64,000 nucleotides of DNA from Candidatus Levyibacteriota bacterium (GTDB taxonomy: Bacteria > Patescibacteriota > Microgenomatia > Levybacterales > UBA12049): NCBI GenBank assembly GCA_043823085.1, contig JBDRBE010000003.1, positions 19,822 through 83,821 of the forward strand, written 5' to 3'. The notes under the pieces were generated by a model. It was not told the origin of the DNA and searched no databases. It saw nothing but the letters and a program-made list of their open reading frames with translations. Positions 36,591-45,518 of the stretch are shown here, one piece after another (positions within the stretch are counted from its first letter, which is position 1; the number at the start of each line of letters is the position of its first letter). Both the position numbers and the translations under genes were made by a program.

Positions 36591-36744
36591 TAACCCAATA
36601 CTACCAATTTCAAATACTACCAATTAATTTCAAATAGATAAATCTCAAATAAATACAAATAATTTGGAATTTGATATTTGTAATATTGATTTGTTTATTT
36701 GCTTATTGGGTTATTTGTTTATTTTGAAGTGTTATAATACTTCC

Positions 36745-37701
36745 ATGAAACGTTTTGTTCTCATTGATGGCCATGCGATACTTCATCGGGCTTTTCATGC
36801 ATTGCCTCCGCTGACTTCTGCAAAGGGAGAAACGGTAAATGCGGTCTACGGATTTTTTGCCATGCTTCTTAAAATTTTAGAAGACGTAAAGCCGGAATAT
36901 TTAGCTATTTGTTTTGACAGGCCAAAACCAACTTTTCGTCAAGAACTTTACGTTGGTTATCAGGCCCATCGGCCAAAAATGGACAGCGATTTAGTTCCTC
37001 AAATTGTCCTTCTTCATAAAGTTTTGGAAAGGATAAAAATTCCAATTTTTGAGGTGGATGGATATGAGGCAGACGATGTGATCGGCACTTTGGCCGATCG
37101 AATTCAAAAATCAAAAATCAAAAATCAAAAATTGCAAACGATAATTGTTTCAGGAGATAGAGACATGTTGCAACTTGTAAATTCTCATGTTCTGGTGCTT
37201 GCGCCAATTACAGGCATTACAAAAATGATTTTATTTGACCAAGAAAAAGTGGAGGAAAAATACGGACTTAAACCTTCTCAAATTATTGATTACAAGGCGT
37301 TGATAGGAGACCCTTCAGATAATTATCCGGGAGTTTTGGGGGTTGGACCAAAAACCGCGGCAGAACTTCTTTTAAAATATGAAACACTTGAGAATTTATA
37401 TCAAAATTTAGATTCAGTAGAAAATAAAAAACTGGTGGAAAAGCTGGCCAAAGAAGCGGAAGCCGCAGGAATGGCCAAAAAATTAGCTACCATTATCACT
37501 GACGCGCCGATAACGTTGAGTATTGAAAAATGTTTAGTTTCAAAAGTTGACTTAGAAGAAACAAAAAAGGCCTTTGAAGAGCTGGGGTTTAAGAGTTTGT
37601 TAAAAAGACTAGGACAGAATTCTAGTGATTCAGTGGCTAAGGAAGAACAGAAGCCTAAGGAAACACAAAATAAGGACAATGGTCAGTTAGGACTTTTATG
37701 A
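36745..37701 (+). CDS. stand-alone 5'-3' exonuclease / flap endonuclease (Pol I N-terminal-domain family)
   Basis: MKRFVLIDGHAILHRAF ... GYEADDVIGTLA ... H3TH motif GDPSDNYPGVLGVGPKTA. No polymerase domain follows. There is an in-frame (TCAAAAA)x3 at 37105-37132. Confidence 0.85.
   Translation: MKRFVLIDGHAILHRAFHALPPLTSAKGETVNAVYGFFAMLLKILEDVKPEYLAICFDRPKPTFRQELYVGYQAHRPKMDSDLVPQIVLLHKVLERIKIPIFEVDGYEADDVIGTLADRIQKSKIKNQKLQTIIVSGDRDMLQLVNSHVLVLAPITGITKMILFDQEKVEEKYGLKPSQIIDYKALIGDPSDNYPGVLGVGPKTAAELLLKYETLENLYQNLDSVENKKLVEKLAKEAEAAGMAKKLATIITDAPITLSIEKCLVSKVDLEETKKAFEELGFKSLLKRLGQNSSDSVAKEEQKPKETQNKDNGQLGLL
37105..37132. repeat. tandem heptamer (TCAAAAA) in-frame in the exonuclease gene
   Basis: caaaaatcaaaaatcaaaaatcaaaaatt, encoding KSKIKNQK. 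Confidence 0.85.
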
Positions 37702-38363
37702 TTAAGCCCTTCGATAAAACTCAGGATCTGCGAGCAGTTATTTTTGATTTGGATGGCCTTTTGATTGACTCAGAGCCTGCATGGGCCACCGCCACTCGAA
37801 TTCTTCTTAAAAAACTTGGTGTAGATTATCATGGTGAGTTGCGAGAGCAGATGATAGGAAGAGGACAGAGGGAATGCGCAGAAATTTATATTAAGCACTA
37901 TAAATTAAAAGAAAGCGTGGAAGATTTTGCCCAAAAACGCTGGAAGGTGCTTTATTCATTTTTGGAGAAAAATTTAAAATTGATGCCTGGAGCCAAAAAT
38001 TTAATTAGAGAATTGTCTGCCAATAATCTAGCTTTGGCTTTAGCCACGGCGGGGCATCAAAAGAAAAAGGCGAAAAAAATCTTGCAAAAATTTTTCCTAG
38101 GAGACTTTTTTAAAATCATTATTTCCGGCCTGGATGTTCCGAGGGGGAAGCCTTTCCCGCATATTTATTTTTTTTGCGCCCAAAAACTGGACGTTTCACC
38201 TTCCCAGTGTTTAGTTTTGGAGGATTCGCCAAATGGAGTGATAGCTGGGAAAAGAGCGGGGATGACTGTTTATGGGGTTAATAAAGATAGAGAACTAAGA
38301 GAAAAGATGAACGACGCAGGAGCGGATAAGGTGTTTCATTCTTTAACAGAAATAGAATTATGA
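37698..38363 (+). CDS. HAD-superfamily hydrolase, subfamily IA (beta-phosphoglucomutase/phosphatase-like)
   Basis: Motif I AVIFDLDGLLIDSE, motif II ATAG, and motif IV GVIAGKRAGM. Confidence 0.8.
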   Translation: MIKPFDKTQDLRAVIFDLDGLLIDSEPAWATATRILLKKLGVDYHGELREQMIGRGQRECAEIYIKHYKLKESVEDFAQKRWKVLYSFLEKNLKLMPGAKNLIRELSANNLALALATAGHQKKKAKKILQKFFLGDFFKIIISGLDVPRGKPFPHIYFFCAQKLDVSPSQCLVLEDSPNGVIAGKRAGMTVYGVNKDRELREKMNDAGADKVFHSLTEIEL

Positions 38364-38713
38364 GTAGCGAGGTATCACTTAAATGATATATATCATTTAA
38401 GTATTTTAAAATTCAAAAATTTTAAACTTTAGTAGGCGGACGTAAAAATCTTTCAGCGGCGGCTTGATGTGAAATCAAATGAGGATTACCTTTGTCAAGA
38501 CTAGAAAGGTTAAGTTGTTGTCTCGAAACAGTTGGTTTACTTCTGTTCGATGAAGCCCCCATGCTTGCATCTGGTAGGCCAAAATTTTTGACAGTATCTG
38601 CTACTTGTCTCAACCTCTCTCCAAGCCTCATATCTAAACAGAGAATACTGCTAAAATTGGCAAAAAGCAAGGGGAAAAGCTATAATAAGGTCTATGAAAG
38701 CGGCGTTTAAGAT

Positions 38714-39376
38714 ATGAATTTAAGAGAAAAAGCTATGCATATGGTTTTGGCTGGTGCTATTGTTGGCGCATTGGGAGTGGGGTGTGCGCCGCCCGTGAGA
38801 GAAGGCACGGATGCTAGTCCGTCAAAAACAAAAACAGAGTGTCTTACGGTTACCCCATCAGAAAGATACTCTTGCCTCTATAAACTTCCAGATTTAAACT
38901 TTCCTGTGTGGGATATAGGTTCAGATGGAGCTTATTACGGTTGTCTTGTTAAAAACGGAGAAAAATCATCCATCAGCGCTAAAATTAATGACGATACATT
39001 AATCATAAGACTTGCGCGGTCTTTCACTGATTTTGCACCAGATTTTCCGGAAGATAAAAATTTAGCTTACATTTTTGATCCTAAAGATATGCGTGCTCGG
39101 ACTCTTCCGTTCAATGAAATAAATAAGATAGTTGATAATGACATTTCAAGGTTTTTGCAAGCCAGAAGAAGCAGTCCAATAATTGCTGTAAAAGACGTTT
39201 GGCAAGACAGCGGTTTTGTTTATTTGGGTTTTGATTATCAAAATATGCAGAATCGCGATAGATACTGGACATTAATGATGCGTAATAATATGCTTGAGGG
39301 GAATAACTTTCGAGGTGTTGGAAAGTTGATTTTGCAAGCGATGCGTATTAGACGTGCAAGTTTTGATAAAGCATGA
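38714..39376 (+). CDS. hypothetical lipoprotein
   Basis: Signal peptide with lipobox-like ...GALGVGCAPP. Confidence 0.45.
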   Translation: MNLREKAMHMVLAGAIVGALGVGCAPPVREGTDASPSKTKTECLTVTPSERYSCLYKLPDLNFPVWDIGSDGAYYGCLVKNGEKSSISAKINDDTLIIRLARSFTDFAPDFPEDKNLAYIFDPKDMRARTLPFNEINKIVDNDISRFLQARRSSPIIAVKDVWQDSGFVYLGFDYQNMQNRDRYWTLMMRNNMLEGNNFRGVGKLILQAMRIRRASFDKA

Positions 39377-40641
39377 AAGTTGCGTTGGTGCATGATTATA
39401 TTAAAGAATATGGAGGCGCCGAAAGAGTGCTTGAGGCGTTGCATGAGATTTGGCCGGAGGCGCCCATTTTTACTTCGGTTTATCTGCCTGAATTTTTAGG
39501 ACCGCACAGGGAAAGGTTTAACGGATGGAAAATTAAAACTTCAATTCTTCAAAGTTTACCATTGAAAGCAAAATTAATAAGCCCTTTTCGAATTATCGCG
39601 CCGCTAATCTTTCGGTCATTTGATTTCAGCGATTATGATGTAGTAATTGTTTCTGCAACCGGAGCATATACACCGAACATGATACAACTCAAAACCACAA
39701 CTCAAAGCTCAAAAATAACTGACCATACGCCATGCGCCATACGCCATGCGCCAGTTCATGTTTGCTATTGTCATACGCCGCCAAGATATCTTTATGGATT
39801 TGCTACGGCAAGGGATTGGAAAAAGAATATTATTTTTAGGGTTTTGGGGGAAATTGCCAATGCATTTTTGCGGCAAATTGATTTTAAATCGGCGCAAAAC
39901 GTTGATTATTTTATCGCCAACTCAAAAAACGTGGCGGGAAGAATTAAAAAGTTCTATAAAAGAGATTCGACAGTTATTTATCCCCCCGTAGTTGGCGCTG
40001 AGGTCGGACATACAAATTTTTTTGTTCCGCAGTTGTCTCACGAAGAATCTCAAGGTGTTCATCAGCGCATTGGCGCTCGACAAGATGCGAACAGAAAAAA
40101 TTTGATATCCTCCCCGCGCCAATACTTTTTAGCCGGAGGAAGATTGGCAAGGCCAAAACACATTGATTTGATTGTTCAAGCCTGCGCTGAACTAAACCTT
40201 CCTCTGAAAATTTTTGGGAAGGGATTCGCGGGATACGATCAACAATTAAAAAATCAAAAATCAAAAATCAAAAATATAACTCAAAAGTCAAAAGTTGAAT
40301 TTTTGGGAGAAGTGAGCGACCAGGAGAAGTTGGAGTTGATGAAAAATGCCAAGGCTTACATTTTTGCCTCGGAAGATGAGGATTTTGGTATCACACCGGT
40401 TGAAGCAATGAGTGTTGGTACGCCGGTTGTTGCTTACCGTTCGGGAGGCGTTGTTGAATCGGTTGTTGATGGAAAAACAGGAATATTTTTTGATAAACTA
40501 TCAATAGAGTCTTTGGCGGAGGCAATAAGGCGCTTAAGCAGTTTAGGGGACTTAAGTGAAAATTGCCGCAATCAGGCCAAAAAATTTAGTAAAGAAAGAT
40601 TTAAAAAAGAAATCGTAGAATTTATTAAATCAAAAATTTAA
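39373..40641 (+). CDS. family GT4 glycosyltransferase carrying three in-frame repeat insertions
   Basis: N-terminus VALVHDYIKEYGGAERV and C-terminal EDFGITPVEAMSVGTPVVAYRSGGVVESV (E-x7-E region). Inserts lie at 39685-39755, 39998-40121 and 40248-40276. Confidence 0.8.
   Translation: MKVALVHDYIKEYGGAERVLEALHEIWPEAPIFTSVYLPEFLGPHRERFNGWKIKTSILQSLPLKAKLISPFRIIAPLIFRSFDFSDYDVVIVSATGAYTPNMIQLKTTTQSSKITDHTPCAIRHAPVHVCYCHTPPRYLYGFATARDWKKNIIFRVLGEIANAFLRQIDFKSAQNVDYFIANSKNVAGRIKKFYKRDSTVIYPPVVGAEVGHTNFFVPQLSHEESQGVHQRIGARQDANRKNLISSPRQYFLAGGRLARPKHIDLIVQACAELNLPLKIFGKGFAGYDQQLKNQKSKIKNITQKSKVEFLGEVSDQEKLELMKNAKAYIFASEDEDFGITPVEAMSVGTPVVAYRSGGVVESVVDGKTGIFFDKLSIESLAEAIRRLSSLGDLSENCRNQAKKFSKERFKKEIVEFIKSKI
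39685..39755. repeat. AT-rich plus CCATACGC/CCATGCGC repeat insertion in-frame in the GT4 gene
   Basis: caactcaaaaccacaactcaaagctcaaaaataactgaccatacgccatgcgccatacgccatgcgcc. Confidence 0.7.
39998..40121. repeat. ~125-bp RPE-like element with terminal inverted repeats (family B copy 1), inserted in-frame inside the GT4 CDS
   Basis: aggtcggacatacaaatttttttgttccgcag...gatgcgaacagaaaaaatttgatatcctccccgcgcca. It is about 85% identical to 50285-50409 (intergenic). The termini CAAATTTTTTTGTTCCGCAG and CTGCGAACAGAAAAAATTTG are reverse complements. Confidence 0.8.
40248..40276. repeat. (TCAAAAA)x4 tandem repeat in-frame in the GT4 gene
   Basis: aaaaatcaaaaatcaaaaatcaaaaatat. Confidence 0.85.
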
Positions 40642-40643
40642 TT

Positions 40644-41486
40644 ATGCCGGAATTGCCAGAAGTCGAAACTATCAGATTGGGCTTGCAGAAATATCTTGTC
40701 GGACACAAGATTTTGGATGTCGAGGTAAAAGTGCCTAAAATTTTTCAAGGTAACAGAAAAAATGTTATCGGCGCAAAAGTGATTGGTGTTAAAAGAATAG
40801 GGAAAGGGTTAATTATCGAGCTTGATAACGATTATGCACTGGCTATTCATTTAAAACTTACCGGCCAGATTATTTACAGCGGAAAAGAAACAAGTTCAAT
40901 CCATTTTTCCGTAAAGACAGGCGGAAGCCTTCCCTCAAAATACACTCACGTCATTTTTAAATTAGATAAAGACGCTTTTCTTTACTATAACGATCTTCGA
41001 AAATTCGGCTGGATAAGGGTTATTAAAAAAGACGAGCTTAACGACCTTCCGTTTTTTAAAGAAATGGGACCAGAACCCTTAAAAGATTTAACTTTTTCCA
41101 AATTCATAAAAATAATCCAAATTTCAAATTCTCCTATCAAAATAATACTGATGGACCAGAAAAAAATCGGCGGAATCGGCAATATCTATGCCAACGAAGC
41201 TTTGTTTCTTTCCGGAATTAATCCAAGAAGATCTGCAAAAAATTTATCAAATAAAGAAATTCAAAAACTATATGGTGCAATTGTTGAAGCCTTGAAAAGA
41301 GGTTTAAAATATGGTGGCTCATCGGATGTTAATTTTGTGAATGCGTTTGGACAGGACGGAAATTATCAAAATCATTTTTTAGTTTATTCAAGAAAAGGGC
41401 AGAAGTGCCAAAGGTGTAAAGGTATTATTCAAAAAATCCAATTAGGCGGCCGCGGAACCTATTTCTGTCTCAATTGCCAGAAATAA
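40644..41486 (+). CDS. mutM: formamidopyrimidine-DNA glycosylase (Fpg/Nei family)
   Basis: N-terminal MPELPEVE catalytic Pro/Glu, H2TH region, and C-terminal zinc finger CQRC...CLNC. Confidence 0.85.
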   Translation: MPELPEVETIRLGLQKYLVGHKILDVEVKVPKIFQGNRKNVIGAKVIGVKRIGKGLIIELDNDYALAIHLKLTGQIIYSGKETSSIHFSVKTGGSLPSKYTHVIFKLDKDAFLYYNDLRKFGWIRVIKKDELNDLPFFKEMGPEPLKDLTFSKFIKIIQISNSPIKIILMDQKKIGGIGNIYANEALFLSGINPRRSAKNLSNKEIQKLYGAIVEALKRGLKYGGSSDVNFVNAFGQDGNYQNHFLVYSRKGQKCQRCKGIIQKIQLGGRGTYFCLNCQK

Positions 41487-41530
41487 CTATATCAGCCATT
41501 GATTTTCGTTTACCGTTTGTGTTAATATTA

Positions 41531-41556
41531 AAAACTAGTACATGCTAGTTTTTTTA
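41531..41556 (+). terminator. intrinsic terminator after fpg
   Basis: aaactagtacatgctagttt hairpin followed by a T-run. Confidence 0.5.
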
Positions 41557-41599
41557 TGCTTCGGAGGCTGAAGCGCAATCTTGAGCATGGTGAAAGATT

Positions 41600-42307
41600 A
41601 TGCAAGAAAGTAACAATAAGGAAACAGTAATTATTAAACTTGGGGGATCGCTTATTGTCCCAAATGGTGGTCTTGATACCACGTACATCAAGACCTTTTA
41701 TACGTTCGTTCGAAACGTAGTCGCCGAAAAAAGTAGGCGACTTTTTATTTTAGTGGGGGGCGGATTGTTGTCCCGCCATTACCGCGATGCAGGAGCCGAA
41801 GTTACAGGACAAGAATTATCAAAAGAAGATTTGGACTGGCTTGGAATTCATGCAACAAGACTAAATGCTCATCTTTTCCGTACCATATTTCGCGATTTAG
41901 CCCATCCTGTTATCATCCATGACTATGAATATATCCAAAAACCCACAAAGCCGATTGTTATCGCTGCCGGCTGGAAACCGGGCTGGTCAACAGATTACGA
42001 TGCTGTTGTTTTGGCTCAAGACTATAATATCAAAACAATTATTAAAATGAGCAATGTCGACTATGTTTATGATAAAGATCCTAATGTTGATTCCGGCGCA
42101 AAACCTTATAAAAAAATTTCCTGGCAGGTATATCAAGAAATGGTTGGTACTGTTTGGACTCCGGGCGAACATACGCCTTTTGATCCGGTCGCTGCGAAAC
42201 TGGCCAGCGAACTTAGCTTAAAAGTTTTTTATGTTAATGGAAAAAATCTTGAAAATGCCAAAAAAGCCATGGATGGGCAAGAATTCGTAGGAACGGTGAT
42301 AGAGTAG
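41600..42307 (+). CDS. amino-acid-kinase family protein, probably archaeal-type UMP kinase
   Basis: IIKLGGSLIVPNGG ... ILVGGGLLSRHY resembles archaeal PyrH (~230 aa). Confidence 0.55.
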   Translation: MQESNNKETVIIKLGGSLIVPNGGLDTTYIKTFYTFVRNVVAEKSRRLFILVGGGLLSRHYRDAGAEVTGQELSKEDLDWLGIHATRLNAHLFRTIFRDLAHPVIIHDYEYIQKPTKPIVIAAGWKPGWSTDYDAVVLAQDYNIKTIIKMSNVDYVYDKDPNVDSGAKPYKKISWQVYQEMVGTVWTPGEHTPFDPVAAKLASELSLKVFYVNGKNLENAKKAMDGQEFVGTVIE

Positions 42308-42310
42308 CGA

Positions 42311-42454
42311 GAATCTTTGAAGTGGGAAGTGGGATTTTCTTGAATTTGATGTCTTGATGATTCGATTCCTAGATATCAAGGTTTCGAGATTTCAATTCGT
42401 TAGCTGACGAATCAAGATCAAAAGCATCAAAGATATCTCACTTCAAAAATTCCA
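42311..42454. repeat. MITE-like ~140-bp element with terminal inverted repeats, family A copy 1
   Basis: It starts ctttgaagtgggaagtggga and ends gatatctcacttcaaaaattccaatg. Related copies are at 52605-52740 and 59108-59186. It ends exactly at the recF start codon. Confidence 0.7.
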
Positions 42455-43537
42455 ATGTATTTAAAGCATTTATTTCTTCAAAACTTCAGAAACTATTCAA
42501 AATCAGATTTTAACTTTAGTCAAGATACAACTCTAGTCGTTGGCCCTAATACCTCTGGAAAAACAAATTTAATTGAGGCGATTTATTTACTATCAACCGG
42601 AAAAAGTTTTCGCTCGGAAAAAGATTATCAAATGATTAGTTTTGATAAAGATTTGGCGAGGGTGAAAGGAAAAATAGACGATATAGAACTTGAGATTGTT
42701 TTAACAAACGAAGGTCTTAAAAAATATTTAGTCAACGGAGTCAGTAAAAGAAAAGCGGATTTTGCCTCTAATCTGCCTTTGGTTCTTTTTAACCCGGAAG
42801 ATTTAGAAATTATTATTGATTCGCCTTCTTTGCGGCGGAATTTTTTAGACGAAGTTTTAGAACAGGAAGACAGAGATTATCGGTTTGCGATTATTGCTTA
42901 CACCAAGGCTTTACGCCAGCGAAACGCGCTTTTGGAATTGGCAAGAGAAACAGGCCGGCAGGGAAAAGAAAAGCAATTTGAATATTGGGATGATCTTTGT
43001 ATTAAAAACGGCGAGATTGTAACTGCAAAAAGAGAGGAGTTCATTACTTTTTTAAATAATGCAGATAAAGAAATTTTTGATTTCCAAGTGGTTTACGATA
43101 AAAGTATTATTTCTCCCGAGCGGCTTTTGCAATACAAAAATGCGGAAGTTGGGGCAGGTGTAACTTTGGTTGGTCCCCATAGAGATGATTTTTCGGTTCA
43201 CATGTTCAATAACCAGAGGCAAACGACACACGATGTTAAGTTTTTTGGTTCAAGAGGCCAGCAGAGATTAGCGATTTTACAATTAAAACTTTTACAGCTT
43301 GAATATTTGGAAAAGAGAATAGGGCAGCGGTCCACCTTCACTGAAGCTTCGGCGGACAGGCCAATTCTTCTTTTGGATGATATTTTTTCCGAGCTTGACA
43401 GCGAACATATTCAGCTTGTTTTAGAGATGGTTGATAAACAGCAAACCATTATGACCGCAACACACAAAGAATTCTTTGATAAAAAGTTTCTAAGAGGGGT
43501 AAGTGTGATAGAATTAGGATTAAATGGAAAAGTTTGA
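42455..43537 (+). CDS. recF: DNA replication and repair protein RecF
   Basis: Walker A VGPNTSGKTNLIEAIYLLSTGKSFR, plus the signature and Walker B regions near the C-terminus (LLLDDIFSELD). Confidence 0.9.
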   Translation: MYLKHLFLQNFRNYSKSDFNFSQDTTLVVGPNTSGKTNLIEAIYLLSTGKSFRSEKDYQMISFDKDLARVKGKIDDIELEIVLTNEGLKKYLVNGVSKRKADFASNLPLVLFNPEDLEIIIDSPSLRRNFLDEVLEQEDRDYRFAIIAYTKALRQRNALLELARETGRQGKEKQFEYWDDLCIKNGEIVTAKREEFITFLNNADKEIFDFQVVYDKSIISPERLLQYKNAEVGAGVTLVGPHRDDFSVHMFNNQRQTTHDVKFFGSRGQQRLAILQLKLLQLEYLEKRIGQRSTFTEASADRPILLLDDIFSELDSEHIQLVLEMVDKQQTIMTATHKEFFDKKFLRGVSVIELGLNGKV

Positions 43538-44417
43538 CCAAAGCCAGTTAAAGAAACTTTATCGACCTCAAAAGAATTCTCATAAGGGGCAAAATGGGAA
43601 GTTGATGATTATCGGCGGGTCGCATCTTTTTCATGGTGCGTCTTTGTGGGCGCTAAAAGTTGCTTCAAGAATTGTAGACATGGTTTTTTATTCATCAACA
43701 GCGGAAAATAATCAACTCACGCAGGAATTAAAAAGCAAACTTTATGATTTTATGGCAATTTCAAGAGATAAAATTGACGATTATATTAAAGAGGCGGATG
43801 TTGTTCTTTTGGGCTCGGGATTGCCAAGGGAAGAGGGAAGAGAAGAGAGAGAAGAATCGACAAGAGAACTCACGCAAAGATTATTAAGCTCGTATCCCGA
43901 TAAAAAATGGGTGATTGATGCAGGTTCTTTAACCGAGATGGAGCCGGAATGGCTATTACCATTAAAGGGAAACGTGATAGTTACTCCACATAAAGGAGAG
44001 TTTGAAACTCTTTTTAAACTCAAAAGTCAAAAGTCAAATCTCAAAACCACAACTCAAAACTCAAAAATTACGGAAGAAATTGTTCAGCAAATGGCCGGAA
44101 AATATAACTGTGTGATTCTTTTAAAGGGCGCAACAGATATTATTTGTTCGCCCTTCGACTCCGCTCAGGGTGAAATTCGTTGCGTCCGAATTTCAGGTGG
44201 AAATGTAGGGATGACCAAAGGGGGAACAGGAGATGTTCTAGCAGGTTTAGTTGCGGCGCTTTCTTGCAAAAACGATTTGTTTTTAGCGGCATCGGCTGGT
44301 TCATTTATCAACAAAAAAGCCGGAGAAAGTCTTTATGAGAAGGTTGGACCTTATTTTAACGCTTCAGATTTGGCAGACGAAATTCCCGCAGTAATGAATC
44401 ATTTAATCAATAAATAA
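43524..44417 (+). CDS. YjeF C-terminal-domain carbohydrate-kinase-like protein (NAD(P)H-hydrate dehydratase family)
   Basis: GQNGKLMIIGGSHLFHGASLWA ... GGTGDVLAGLVAALS. It carries in-frame repeat insertions at 43810-43870 (GA-rich), 44020-44075 (AT-rich) and 44150-44200 (family D). Confidence 0.7.
   Translation: MEKFDQSQLKKLYRPQKNSHKGQNGKLMIIGGSHLFHGASLWALKVASRIVDMVFYSSTAENNQLTQELKSKLYDFMAISRDKIDDYIKEADVVLLGSGLPREEGREEREESTRELTQRLLSSYPDKKWVIDAGSLTEMEPEWLLPLKGNVIVTPHKGEFETLFKLKSQKSNLKTTTQNSKITEEIVQQMAGKYNCVILLKGATDIICSPFDSAQGEIRCVRISGGNVGMTKGGTGDVLAGLVAALSCKNDLFLAASAGSFINKKAGESLYEKVGPYFNASDLADEIPAVMNHLINK
44150..44200. repeat. family D element (ccttcgactccgctcaggg + hairpin gaaattcg...cgaatttc), in-frame in the YjeF-like gene
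   Basis: The core TTCGACTCCGCTCAGGG is shared with 59866-59925 (inside trxB) and related to family C (GCTCAGGGCAA). Confidence 0.65.
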
Positions 44418-44461
44418 ACCAATCAACAAGTCAACAAATTATAAATCGGAAGAATAATTCA

Positions 44462-44668
44462 TCATTTTCGTGCCAAGCGGGTCGGAAAGCAAGGTTTAAG
44501 AATTGGAAGATCATTGGGCATAGATGCTTCCGGCGTAGTCCTTGGTGGAGTTTTAGTTGCGTTTTGTTGAGGAAGTTCGCTAGTTCCAGTTGCTAAGCCT
44601 GTTAAAACAGCGGCGATAACGACTGCCGTAAATGCTCTTCTTGCTTCTCTTCCAATTCTAAATTCCAT
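44462..44668 (-). CDS. small hypothetical secreted/membrane protein
   Basis: 68-aa ORF with a hydrophobic segment (AVVIAAVLTGLA). Confidence 0.3.
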   Translation of the reverse strand: MEFRIGREARRAFTAVVIAAVLTGLATGTSELPQQNATKTPPRTTPEASMPNDLPILKPCFPTRLARK

Positions 44669-44733
44669 TTGGATATTATAACATCAAAAAAAACCTTGTC
44701 AATTCAGGGTTTTTTGTCTTTTTTGGGCTGAGG

Positions 44734-45222
44734 TTATTTTTTACTCGGAGATGTTAGAAACTTTACGGCATTTTCACAAATAATAACAGCCCTATATCTC
44801 TCTGGATGTGCTTTTCTGTCGAAGTACTGGTCTCTTAAAAGCCATGGCATATCTGTTTCTGCTGCAGCTTTAACAGTTTGAAAAAAGTCAACTGCTGCCT
44901 TTCGTCCCTTTGGTGTCTCTAAATTTTGAGCTTGTTCTATCAACCCTATAAGACTACGTTCTGCATCAGTTTGTATAGGATGAAATTTAGTCTCTCTATG
45001 TTCAAAAGCTTTTGCAACTATAAAAAAAGCCTGTAACTGATCCATGGTAATTTCTTGACCGGTTTTGCCCCCAATCCCATCAAACGCTTTGTGATATTCT
45101 CTACTAGCAGCTCGACCATCTAACCATTCTCTTAGTGATTTAACAGTCTTTCCAATACCAGGTAATGTTTCTAATTGTGGTCTCATGCCGATGATTTTAT
45201 CACCGTAATAAGCAGAAGTCAA
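44734..45222 (-). CDS. hypothetical protein
   Basis: 162-aa ORF, no recognised motif. Confidence 0.45.
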   Translation of the reverse strand: MTSAYYGDKIIGMRPQLETLPGIGKTVKSLREWLDGRAASREYHKAFDGIGGKTGQEITMDQLQAFFIVAKAFEHRETKFHPIQTDAERSLIGLIEQAQNLETPKGRKAAVDFFQTVKAAAETDMPWLLRDQYFDRKAHPERYRAVIICENAVKFLTSPSKK

Positions 45223-45270
45223 TTATTCACCTAATTAACAAATTCGGATTAATTTTCATGAAACAAAAAT

Positions 45271-45480
45271 TTATCTTGCTGTCGTTAATCGGCCATCTGG
45301 AGAAATATGGGGAGACTGTACTTTTGTGTCCTTCATTCTGCTAAGCTTCTCCGCCTCGGTGGTAACTTGTGGACTTGTTGTTATTGTGTTCCCTTTAGAA
45401 ACTTCTTCCAAAGCAATTATTGATAGTACCGCAAGCCCAGAACCAATAAGTGCTCCAACTATTTCTGCTTTTGAAGGCAT
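45271..45480 (-). CDS. small hypothetical membrane protein
   Basis: 69-aa ORF with an N-terminal TM helix. Confidence 0.3.
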   Translation of the reverse strand: MPSKAEIVGALIGSGLAVLSIIALEEVSKGNTITTSPQVTTEAEKLSRMKDTKVQSPHISPDGRLTTAR

Positions 45481-45518
45481 TTTGTTTGGATTATAGCACC
45501 AAAGAAGCTTTTGTCAAG

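Noticed and set aside
36664-36744. Upstream extension of the 5'-3' exonuclease ORF
   Set aside because: The extension lies in an AT-rich repeat spacer, and the conserved N-terminus starts at the Met at 36745 (MKRFVLIDGHAILHRAF).
38364-38713. tmRNA or SRP RNA in the HAD-lipoprotein gap
   Set aside because: No GGGG 5' end pairing with a CCA 3' end, no T-loop GGTTCGAATCC, and no SRP domain IV motif were found on either strand. The region is kept only as a low-interest finding.
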